Assembly (NCBI GenBank): GCA_002794465.1 | Contig: MTSL01000072.1 | Location: forward strand, 1 to 32,000 | From: Paramicrosporidium saccamoebae KSL3 | Lineage: Eukaryota; Fungi; Cryptomycota | Direction: 5' to 3' | DNA: 32,000 nt | Shown here: piece by piece, positions 10,254 through 20,038 of the stretch | Position numbering within the stretch: position 1 is the stretch's first letter | How the letters are laid out: each line of letters opens with the position of its first letter | Position numbers and translations under genes: made by a program | Notes under the pieces: model-generated | What the model saw: only the letters and a program-made list of their open reading frames with translations | Databases searched by the model: none | Told to the model about the DNA's origin: nothing

Positions 10254-10775
10254 ATTGATGTCCAGAAGCGGCAAGGCCAAAGAGTCTGGCCAACGTTTGT
10301 GGAAGTCACAAACACATCGCCTCCATTTTGAGAATCTTAGTGTAATCTTTAATAAAGTGTTAGTTTAGGACTTTGTGTTATGGGACATAAACTGTGCTTG
10401 TAGACATCGCCAATCCCGAGATGGTTAGTGTGATAGCCAGGTGAAGATACCAAGATGGAAGGAAATAATTAAACAGAAGTGTAAGCCTGTTGACTTTATC
10501 ATTTAATATAACATTGTAGTACCTTTTTTATTCAGAGAGCACGGTTACCAACAGGCCGGCCTGAGGTATTTAAAATTGTAGCCAAAGAACGCTGATCCTC
10601 GATTGTGTGGGATGTGGGCACCTGTTTACAGCCCGATTGGATGAACACAAGACAAATGAGCACATAGTTTGGATGCCGTGGGCATCCATCTGCAAGTCAA
10701 TTGGATAAGCATCCGACGATTAGTCGCATTTGAAGAGACGCTGTTCAGCTCACCGTTGAAGACGTCGGTCACACA

Positions 10776-11744
10776 ATGAAGAGAGACTTTGACACTGCAA
10801 TAGGCCCTGAGATTCCAACCCCAACCACAATAAAAGAAGAACTTGAACGAGATGCCTGGAATCCCTTTGAAGCCGACCCAAGTGTTCCTGGAGAAGAAGA
10901 GGGCATTGTTAGTTGCCTTGAGAGAAGTATCCTCGGGATTACCCAAAGGGGTGCCATTTCTTTGACGGCTCGAATGGACAGGCTGTTAAAACCGTTTAAG
11001 GATTACGTACCCGAGTCAATGTACGCGCAGCTGATTTATTGTACTTAATAGTGTAGGGTGAAAGGCGGAATGTTTGTCACCACGTGCTACATCCCTGAAG
11101 ACGGGTCAAAACGGCTCGGATACGGCAGGCTGCCAGATGAGCCATTCAGTAAAGGAGACCTTTTGCCCATGCTCGTCAAAGATCTCGGCCGCATTACTGG
11201 CATTGGAGTCAGAGGTAGAGATATGTGCAGGGGACGGGATATCCTGCCCCAAATCAAATACGAAGATCGTGAAGGGCTGCGTAAGTACTTTGTGGAAGGT
11301 AGCGCAGTGTGGAGTAGGTATGATCCCTATGCAGACATACCGGGAGGATATTGGAGGCCGCACGTTCCCTTGACATCACACGAGATCACTGCCGTCGGCC
11401 AGCGTATGGATAGATTTAATAGAAACTATCTCACAGCAAAGGAACGTCTCACGCGATGGGGACTCGTACTGCTGATCTCGTCCAAAATTCAAGCCTTTAA
11501 AGATGGTTACTCTGGCTGTCCCGAACAATGGGAACACGCCATTAGCGTTCTCGATGTTCATGAGAAAGACATACGGGCTACGCTGGATTTTACTAACGGG
11601 ATGCACACCCTCGATCCCGTTCATGACCTTATTCCTATTCGGGTCCTGGAGGTGATTTCAGTGTTCCGGACAATGTTCCGAATTTCTTTACGACAGTTCG
11701 AGCTGGCATGTGGTAGACTTGGGTGTAATGCCTCCATCTCCTGA
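10776..11744 (+). CDS. Orphan protein B, 310 aa, 2 exons (paralog of 8650-9631)
   Basis: A 36-nt phase-2 intron at 11021-11056 lies at the same position as in A. The start context cacacaATGAAGA is shared with A, and AATAAA follows at 11787. Confidence 0.75.
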
Positions 11745-11998
11745 CGACACGATCAACAAGGCAGAAAGTACTGGTGTGAGGTTGCTAATAAATGTCCTTT
11801 AGTAAAATTTCTGGTCCATAGTTGATTGTGAAGCCAAGAAGTCTAAAATGTGGAATCAAGATTACATAACAGGGTGTCGAGAGTCTGCAGAGTACATCTG
11901 CACTCACAAACTGACCGCCACGTAGTTTGTGGACGCAAATCGATAGACATGATACAGTCATTGTTATTAAATATCTAGACTTTTTATAGCTTCCCAAT

Positions 11999-13552
11999 TT
12001 ATCCGTCGACAATACTGATGGCATAGAGACTGAAGGCCGCCACTACACCAGTTATAGTCACAATTCGACTGAAATCATCAGCCCAGTCAAACTTTACGAG
12101 CACCAATTCTTCTCGGATGTAGTCAAAAAAGCTTGATGTGGCTAGGATTTGGCCAAAGTGGTGGTCAGGATCAAAGAGGTTCACTTTTGCCGTATGTAGT
12201 ATGGGATCTGCTCTATTGGTGTGTAAAAATACGGTGGCCCACAATCTAGTGCTGGCGCGTCCGGAAAAGATTTCTTCATTAGACCACCTTTCAGCAGATC
12301 TATACAGTTCGACAGACTCTTCAGCGAGACAGAGCACAGTAGTACACGTGACGGTGGGGAAATTAATGGGGTAAGGCAATTTTGTGAAAGCGGGGATAGC
12401 ATGCTTAAGATCGCCATCATAGTCGTTCCAGAAAGTTTCCGCCTCATTAATGGTGCTTATGGATAATGGCCAGACGATTCCGGCAAAATTTTGATGCAGA
12501 AAAGTGCCCCACTGCTTGGCAGCCTGCAAAAGTCCGCCATAGATACTGGCTGATGAAGGGACAGATGCTTGCGCATGTACCAGACTCGTTGCATAGTCAC
12601 TGGTGGGGTTCGTGTCACAATTTACTTTGTTGAGGGCCAAAATCTTCACTATCCCCTCTAGATACAAGGGAGGAATCAGTTCTACACCGTAGGCAGCCAG
12701 CAACCATTTCAACATTACGGCCGCGCGCTTTTTGACCGAGTCATTTAGAAAATTTACGTTTGGTAAAGACAGAATGCTGTAGACAAGACGGGCATGCCAA
12801 AACGCCAGCATCGCCGGTTTGCCGGAGAAGCGCTTATAAAGTATCAAGTACAGATTCTTATGGGCGGATATAGGATCTCTCCCAAACACAAGCTCGATTC
12901 TCGTTGCAAACTTTCCATTTCCATAATACTTTGTTGCATTTGCCTTTGTGAGTTTTTCGGTAGAACCATCATGGGAAGACGGGTCCAAAAGCGATATGAT
13001 GGCGAGTTCTCGGTTGTCCATGTGCGGAAGATCATTCCACGTATCCGTTGCATTCCAATAGAAATCCGAGTTACCCGGGATGGATATTTTTCCGATGCGA
13101 GATTTCAGCATTGAAGGCTGGTGAATTAACATTTCGAATAGCCTGTTCCGAAAGTTATTAGAAAACTTTTCGAATTGACTCTCATCATACTCGATGTAAC
13201 GAGGCGTATAATCATCCCATCTCTTCTCAATCAGCTCCAAAAGCTCTGGCTCACGAGCAACGAAAGAAAGCGGAAACAGAAGGGGATGGAGACTTTTGGC
13301 ATTAAAGTAGCTCCAGACCAATGCTGATGCATCCTTTAACGATATTGAGCGGGCATAAAAATCCTCCTTGACTGAGAATGGGTCGATAGTGTTCAAAATT
13401 TCTGGAAGAGCAGCCACTGTTTTGTGGTCTGTAAGGTCAAGATTCTGCATAGCCTCTATCCGACCTTGAGTCCCAAGGGCGTAATACTCGGCCATGTTGA
13501 GAATACTTTGCAGCCCAGAGACCACAGGGAATAGAGCGCTAGCAAGCAGCAT
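11999..13552 (-). CDS. Orphan protein D, 517 aa, predicted secreted and C-terminally anchored
   Basis: Long intronless ORF with a signal-peptide-like MLLASALFPVVSG, N-glycosylation sequons (NAT x2, NDS) and a hydrophobic end IVTITGVVAAFSLYAISIVDG. Confidence 0.7.
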   Translation of the reverse strand: MLLASALFPVVSGLQSILNMAEYYALGTQGRIEAMQNLDLTDHKTVAALPEILNTIDPFSVKEDFYARSISLKDASALVWSYFNAKSLHPLLFPLSFVAREPELLELIEKRWDDYTPRYIEYDESQFEKFSNNFRNRLFEMLIHQPSMLKSRIGKISIPGNSDFYWNATDTWNDLPHMDNRELAIISLLDPSSHDGSTEKLTKANATKYYGNGKFATRIELVFGRDPISAHKNLYLILYKRFSGKPAMLAFWHARLVYSILSLPNVNFLNDSVKKRAAVMLKWLLAAYGVELIPPLYLEGIVKILALNKVNCDTNPTSDYATSLVHAQASVPSSASIYGGLLQAAKQWGTFLHQNFAGIVWPLSISTINEAETFWNDYDGDLKHAIPAFTKLPYPINFPTVTCTTVLCLAEESVELYRSAERWSNEEIFSGRASTRLWATVFLHTNRADPILHTAKVNLFDPDHHFGQILATSSFFDYIREELVLVKFDWADDFSRIVTITGVVAAFSLYAISIVDG

Positions 13553-13739
13553 CCTTGGCTGAGATGAAAGTACCCGAAAATGGGGACCGGGGCCAATGAT
13601 CTTACAGTATAAAGTCGGGGTTGCTAATAAAGGCTATGGAAATCGCTGATCTGCAGGCATGCATCTCACACTAGCAGCTTTGAATTTTGGTAACACTTAA
13701 AAAACTCCTTTCCTGGCTTACATTCTGCATTTATTATGA

Positions 13740-15209
13740 CTAGAGCTGCTGCTTGGGCCAGGAATATTCCAGACCGTGTCGGAGAAATCCCAGCTCCTTT
13801 AGCCGTTCATCGGCGGCTGCAGGACCCCGCGATCCGTAGGGATACTCGGCGGGGATGGAATGACGCTCTTCAATCTCTTTCAAAAGCGGAGTGAAAATGC
13901 GCCAGGCATTCTGTAGCTCATCGGCACGCACAAAATTGGACCGGTCGCCTCGCAAGGCGTCCAGGATGAGTGCTTCATAAGCCTCGGGGATGTGTAGACC
14001 GACGTACCGGTCGGCATAGGACAGATCCAGATCGCTGACAATGGGCTGCGAGTCAAATCCGGGCCGTTTGACCATCAATTTCATGTAAACAGCCTCATTT
14101 GGTTGCACACGAATGACCAACTCGTTGCGAGCGGCATTTGGGAAAAGACAGCCGGGGACATTGGTGAATTGGATCCGAATCTCTGCCTTTTGCTCGTTCA
14201 GCGCCTTACCGCAGCGCAACACAAAAGGCACGCCTGACCAGCGCTCATTCTCTACAAACAGTGTGGCCATGGCAAAGGTGGGGGTATTCGAGTTGGACGG
14301 GATAGTCTCATCGTCCAAATATCCTGCATGGCTCCCATCTGCGCTGCCCCGGTACTGTCCCAAAATGACCTCGTCCCTGTGCAGGGGACGGATGCATCGG
14401 AGCACTTTAACCTTTTCGTTTCGTACGTCCTCGGCGTCCAAAGTAGCGGGTCGCTCCATTGCCACCACTGTCAGCATCTGCAGCAAATGGTTCTGCATCA
14501 CGTCCCGAATGATCCCGAATTCGTCAAAGTAGCCACCCCGTCCCTCCACGCCCAGCGTCTCTTTGAAGACGATCTGCACATTTGCTATACAGTCTCGGTT
14601 CCAGACAGCGTTAAAAAAGAGATTGCTGAAGCGGATGGTCATAATGTTCTTTACCATCTCCTTCCCCAAGTAGTGATCGATCCGATATAACTCGTCTTCT
14701 TGGAATAGCGGCGCCAGAGCCTGGGAAAGGGCGTTGGATGATTCAAGATCCCGGCCAAACGGCTTCTCCACAATCAATCGGTTCTGATAGCGGTCATTAT
14801 ACAAAACCGACTTGATCTGGGTTGCAACCTCAGTGAAAACGGATGGTGGCAGGGCCAAGTAGAAGAGACGGACATGATCATACTCGTGTCCCGTGTCCTC
14901 AGTCGGGAGCGCCTCAATCTTCTCCTTTAGGGCCACATAGCCGCTTGGGGAATTATATGATCCCGAAATGTATTCGCACCGTCCCAGGAATCGGCCCAGT
15001 AGCTCCTGGTCGCCTTGGGTAATGGCGTGTTTCTTCAGAAAGGGCATCAGCTTGGCATTCAGTTCCTCCTGGGTTAGTTCTGAACGTGCATATCCAAAAA
15101 TGCGGAAATCCTCTGGAAGATATTTCCGGCGATAGAGAGCAAAAAGGGCCGGATAGGTTTTGCGACGAGCCAGGTCGCCAGAGGCTCCAAAGACGACGAC
15201 GACTAACAT
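13740..15209 (-). CDS. ZWF1: Glucose-6-phosphate 1-dehydrogenase
   Basis: GASGDLARRKTYPAL, EKPFG, RIDHYLGKEMV, RGGYFDEFGIIRDVMQNHL and RWSGVPFVLRCGKAL. Confidence 0.98.
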   Translation of the reverse strand: MLVVVVFGASGDLARRKTYPALFALYRRKYLPEDFRIFGYARSELTQEELNAKLMPFLKKHAITQGDQELLGRFLGRCEYISGSYNSPSGYVALKEKIEALPTEDTGHEYDHVRLFYLALPPSVFTEVATQIKSVLYNDRYQNRLIVEKPFGRDLESSNALSQALAPLFQEDELYRIDHYLGKEMVKNIMTIRFSNLFFNAVWNRDCIANVQIVFKETLGVEGRGGYFDEFGIIRDVMQNHLLQMLTVVAMERPATLDAEDVRNEKVKVLRCIRPLHRDEVILGQYRGSADGSHAGYLDDETIPSNSNTPTFAMATLFVENERWSGVPFVLRCGKALNEQKAEIRIQFTNVPGCLFPNAARNELVIRVQPNEAVYMKLMVKRPGFDSQPIVSDLDLSYADRYVGLHIPEAYEALILDALRGDRSNFVRADELQNAWRIFTPLLKEIEERHSIPAEYPYGSRGPAAADERLKELGFLRHGLEYSWPKQQL

Positions 15210-15408
15210 TCACAGAATTAAATTAAAAGGCTTATTTGTTTTTTAACCCTGTTTGCCTCTTCATTGTGTCCAGTATCCAACGAATCTATTGAGATGATAC
15301 ATTGCTCTGTGAAGGATCCATGATGGTCAGCAATGTCTTCCGTCTTGCAATGATTGGCTCAGTCAGTCAGTTTAACAATTTCTCGATAATTTTGATTAAG
15401 CAGCGTTA

Positions 15409-16467
15409 ATGCTGTCAGCTGAAGTGTCCTCCCCCCGACGAGGCACACGCAAAAGTGCCGAGTCTGGTAATGTCAGCGGCGAAGAGCTCTTCTCGCAGCC
15501 TCTCCAGGACACTATCCAGAGCGGGGAGGAGGACATTTACACCCAAGCCAGAACGCAGCTCGCCGAGGAGCTAAGCAGGACGACCAGCCGCTTCAATCCA
15601 CATCCCGACGAGGCCGAGGTGCGTGATGTACGTAGCGGCTATGCCAAGTTGTTGGGTGAGGTGCGCCAGCGCAAGGGAGACTTAATGCAGCCCGAGTCCA
15701 CCCGACTCCAGGATATGCTCCTCGATGCAAACCGTCTCATGAACCGAGTCCGCACCACAGCCGATGCCTCTCTCGATTCGCGATTCGTGGCCATGTCGGC
15801 AGACATTGGTGCCGAGAAGATTAACAAACTGGCAGCTGGGAGCATGGACTATAGTGTCAGTGATTTCAGCACCTTGGTGAAGATGGTGCTGACGCGACCA
15901 ACAGGAACTAATGTAGTGGGATTGGATGACAATGATAATGGCGAATCCTATGACTGGGCGTCGATAGGAGAGATAGCCGAACGACATTGGCAGGGCGTGA
16001 CTGCACCTGATTTCTTTTTGGGTCCTATAACGGTTGAACCAAAGGAAAAGAGACCACGAGCCAAATCAGTCAGAGAGCAAAAGACGGTTGAAGCTGTAGT
16101 GCAGCCAACTGTGCTCGGGGCGGCTGATGCAGGCAGTGCGGGCGGGTCCGAGACGGCGGAAAAGGTGCGGTTAGTGTATCGCGCCCTGGAAGCACTTCCG
16201 TCTCCCGTGCCATTTTACAAATTCATCATCCATCCGACGTCGTTTTCCCGAACTGTCGAGAATCTTTTCTACTTGTCGTTTCTGGCCAACGATAATCGGG
16301 TCAGATTGGAGTCATCAGACCGTGATGGACTTGTCATATACATTATAGAAGAGGACGAGGAGGACACGGCGAAACCAAAGTTCCAGCGGATATATCCAAT
16401 GACAATGGCATTGTGGAGGGAAAAGATTGCCGAGTATGCCATCAAGAGGCCGTTGCTGGATTTTTAA
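15409..16467 (+). CDS. NSE4: SMC5/6 kleisin subunit Nse4
   Basis: N-terminal DASLDSR motif and C-terminal FYKFIIHPTSFSRTVENLFYLSFL. Confidence 0.9.
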   Translation: MLSAEVSSPRRGTRKSAESGNVSGEELFSQPLQDTIQSGEEDIYTQARTQLAEELSRTTSRFNPHPDEAEVRDVRSGYAKLLGEVRQRKGDLMQPESTRLQDMLLDANRLMNRVRTTADASLDSRFVAMSADIGAEKINKLAAGSMDYSVSDFSTLVKMVLTRPTGTNVVGLDDNDNGESYDWASIGEIAERHWQGVTAPDFFLGPITVEPKEKRPRAKSVREQKTVEAVVQPTVLGAADAGSAGGSETAEKVRLVYRALEALPSPVPFYKFIIHPTSFSRTVENLFYLSFLANDNRVRLESSDRDGLVIYIIEEDEEDTAKPKFQRIYPMTMALWREKIAEYAIKRPLLDF

Positions 16468-16816
16468 AGTAAGTAATGGGCGATGATTAGAAAGAGGAAT
16501 TACAAAGGACATCCCAGGATGTTCTGATGCGTGTCGTCTCTCTACACTTGAGGATTAGCCAAATATGAGCCTAATATCTATTGTGTCAGCTGATTTGTAG
16601 GTTCTGTCTGTCGACACGATCGTCTATGCGTCAAATACGACCATGAGGGTCAGTCTGGAGTTGTAATGCCGTAACCTATCTCCCACGTTGGCATATTCAG
16701 CAGGCGGTTGCTAGCTCCCATTGTAGAACCATCTCGTTTAAAGTTTCAATATAAAACCATTTGCTCGCACCACAGGACCATCTCATTCAGGCATTCAATA
16801 CAGAACTGCTATAGAA

Positions 16817-18773
16817 CTACTTGTTTGGATTGCAGGATAGTCGCATTATGGATACAAAGGCGTCGTGGGGAATCTCCACCTTGCCAAACATTCTCATTCG
16901 GGCCTTTCCTTCCTTTTGGGCTTCTAGTAGTTTCATCTTTCTCGACTTGTCTCCGCCATACTACACACATCAAAACCATGTAATTGGGCCCTACACACTT
17001 GGCAATCACATCTTTGCGCACTGCAGAAATGTCTTCACGGGCGATCACTTTGGTGCCAATCACTGCCTGAACCGCAATCGGGAATTGCTGTCTCGGGAGG
17101 AGATTGGCCAGCTTTTTCACCCAACTCCTTCCTACCGGCTCTGCCCGAGACCGTGGCTGTACCGTGCTTAAAATATCCACCAAATCGCCATTCAAACGGA
17201 CGCCAATCTTGACGAGCTCCACGGATCGCATGCTCGCAGGTTCATAATCAAGACTGGCGTAGCCGGCCGAGATGGACAACAGACGGTCGTTAAAGTCGCC
17301 AATAATCTCGACTAGTGGCAGGTCGGCAGTCATTAACACACGATCGGTGGAAAGATATTCAATGGTCGTCTCACCACATCTCGATTCAGAGCACAGCTGT
17401 GAGATTGGCCCTATGTTGCTCACTGGAAAGATTAGTGTCGCTTTGACAAATGGCTCCCGAAACTCTCGGACATTGCAAAGCTCGGTAGTGCTGGGGTACT
17501 CTTCTGCCGACGAAATCTCCCGTGCTGAGCCATCTTTGAATATGGCCTCGTAGGATACATTAGGCGACGTTAGGATTACATTTACGCCAAACTCTTGCTC
17601 CAACCTTTGTGCAAATACATCCATGTGCAAGGATCCGAGAAATCCAAGTCTCCAGCCGGGTCCCAACGCCACCGATACAATCTTTTCGGCACTGACACTA
17701 GAGTCGTTCAAAAGGAGTTTGTCCACTGCAATTGAGACTTGATCATACTCTTCGCGTACCGCAGGGAACATTCCCGCAAACACAATAGGCCGTGCTTTGG
17801 TCGGAATGGTGATTTCTGTAGTATCAATCGCCTCAGCCGGGTCGTAAAAGGTATCACCAATCAAGGCGTCATGGGTGCTCTTCATTCCACATCGGATATA
17901 TCCGACCTGTCCGGCATGCAAATAGTCTGTTCTGACAAGCTCGGGCTGCAAGATCCCAACTTCATCAACCACAAAAACACGCTCATTTGCGGCACTCTTG
18001 ACCGAATCACCTGGTTTAATGGCTCCTCTCCTTACAATTATCATACACACCACTCCTCTGAATTCGCGGAACCAGCAATCGATCAAGGTTGCCTCAAACG
18101 TTCCCTCAACCACAGCCTCTGGTGGGGGTATCCTTTCAATGATTGCAGGTAGAATAGATTCCACATTCAAGCCCGTCTTTGCCGAGATGGCCAACACGGG
18201 CATATTAAAAACGTCCAATCCAAGCTGCTCTTCAAGTTGTTCCATAACCATTCCCACATCGGCCTGTGGCAGGTCCACTTTGTTAATCACCGGCACTACC
18301 GTTCTGCCGCGTGCCCTCAAGTAATGCGCCACAGTCTGTGCCTGCACACCTGTAGTCGCGTCTACTAGTAGCAGTACACCTTGCATTGCCCCCATCGATC
18401 TGCTCACTTCGTTACTAAAATCTGCATGTCCTGGCGTGTCAATTAGGTTCAGCAAGTGGCCAGAGTGGAAGAGGGAGGCTGCTTGGGCCTTGACGGTGAT
18501 CCCACGCGTCCGCTCCACCGGAAGTGTATCGAGAGTGGGGGTGGTAGACCGGAGGGTAAGACAGCCGGTGAGCTCGAGAAGACGGTCAGCCAACGTGCTC
18601 TTCCCATGGTCAATGTGTGCGATGATGCCAAAGTTGCGGATGCGAGAGGGTGGAATTTCTCTCATGCATGGAGGAGGCCCTACTCCCTCAAGATACTAGC
18701 AACATTACCCAACAAGCATGAATTCAACCTTAATGCTGGCGAATCCCCGCACTTGCCATTTCCGTCCCAGCAT
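16817..18773 (-). CDS. GUF1: Mitochondrial translation GTPase GUF1/LepA (EF4), 629 aa, 3 exons
   Basis: [23 protein letters not shown] and NKVD. Removing intron 16961-16994 restores [24 protein letters not shown]. Removing intron 18696-18728 adds a presequence, [13 protein letters not shown]. Confidence 0.95.
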
Positions 18774-18848
18774 AAATGTTAACATTTTTGTAAGATCTTA
18801 AGATGAGGGAAGGGTCTTGACTTTTAGGGTCAGTTTTATTGTACAATC

Positions 18849-19970
18849 TCAAACCGCATTAATCTCGGAAGAATCTACATTCAGCCCTCGTTCGGCCTTT
18901 GTGAGCATGCTCTTCAGCTTCTACAAGTAAAAATTAACGTAGAAGGGCTACTGCGATCCGTGGCTTTAACTCGACACAGCTCTCAAAGTCCTGTGCATCA
19001 ATGTATTCGGACAGTTCGTTCTCCAACCCTGCCAGCTTTTCTTTTATCCGCTTCGTGTTGTTTGTCGTCGGAGTTGCAGTTGTTACGGGAGTGGCTCGCA
19101 ATGCGGGCACTTGCGGCATGGACTGTCTCGTCGACATCGATTGTTTCGTCGAATTGCCATTCATCCTCCCACTCGGATGCATTACAGCATCATCAGACCC
19201 TTCGTTAATGTAACAACCTTGCTCTCGTCCGCTTGGATAAACAAACGCCCGACCACTATGTTTTGCCGGCTTAGGAATCTGTCCCTCTCCCTTGAAAGAC
19301 CAATTGCTTACCGACAAGCCCTGCATCCGCTCTGTCACCTCTGAAGGACGACTCGGAAGCGGTGGTCTAGATGCAGGAAGAGGTGGACGACTTGGGATAG
19401 CCGGACGAACACCGGCAGGTACACTACGACCAGCAGCGGGAGCAGGACGACTGCGATCGGGACTGGCTGCGCGCATGGGACGTGTGATTGTTGGCTTTGC
19501 AACCGGCGGAGTCTTCATTGGAGACCGGTTCACATTCTCTTGACCTGCAGGACGCTGTTGGAAAATGTTTGGTGCTTTCTTGGGCGATTCTTGCAATGGA
19601 GTTTTGGGGACCGAGGTTGGACGCGGTGTAGGCCGCAATGAGTTGGTCGTCGGCGGGGATGGTCGTGTCGGAGGATCCTCAGAGGCGGGGAGACGCCCCG
19701 TGGAACGCAATTTTGGCATTCCGCCTGCAAAGAGGCCGCCGAGTTGTGGACCGCTTGGTGCAGGTGGAGCATTGGTACCGCCTGAGGAGGGTCGTCCTGC
19801 TGCTCCGCCACCAGCGGGCTCACTAGTGCTGCCTATCCGCGGTTAGTCTCACTCATCCCCCTCGTACCTCCAGCAACCAAAGGTGCAGACCGGTCATTAG
19901 TGACAGTCTTTTTCAGTTTGGCTCCCTTCTGAATTGAGGAAAGTAGTGCATTCCGATCACCCGTTGGCAT
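18849..19970 (-). CDS. VRP1: WIP/verprolin-family actin regulator, 351 aa, 3 exons
   Basis: WH2 motif RNALLSSIQKGAKLKKTVTNDRSAP, then GGLFAGGMPKLR, a proline-rich core and WSF...YPSGR. Introns at 19833-19867 and 18921-18951. Confidence 0.85.
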
Positions 19971-20038
19971 TATCAATGCGGTCCGCCCAATCAAATTACA
20001 CCAATAACTGTGAAAATCACTATTTAGCTGTACAAGTT

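Noticed and set aside
10552-10687. 12-bp palindrome caggccggcctg (10552-10563) and hairpin ggatgcc-gtg-ggcatcc (10671-10687) upstream of orphan B
   Set aside because: Short, with no counterpart upstream of paralog A, and expected occasionally by chance.
11780-13631. 13-bp direct repeat ggttgctaataaa flanking orphan D as a target-site duplication
   Set aside because: Several exact 13-mer pairs are expected by chance in 32 kb. The first copy contains the likely poly(A) signal of gene B, and there are no TIRs or transposase.
16809-16994. ORF-track C-terminus of GUF1 (CVGPNYMVL...)
   Set aside because: Read-through of a 34-nt intron. Splicing restores the conserved KCYGGD motif.
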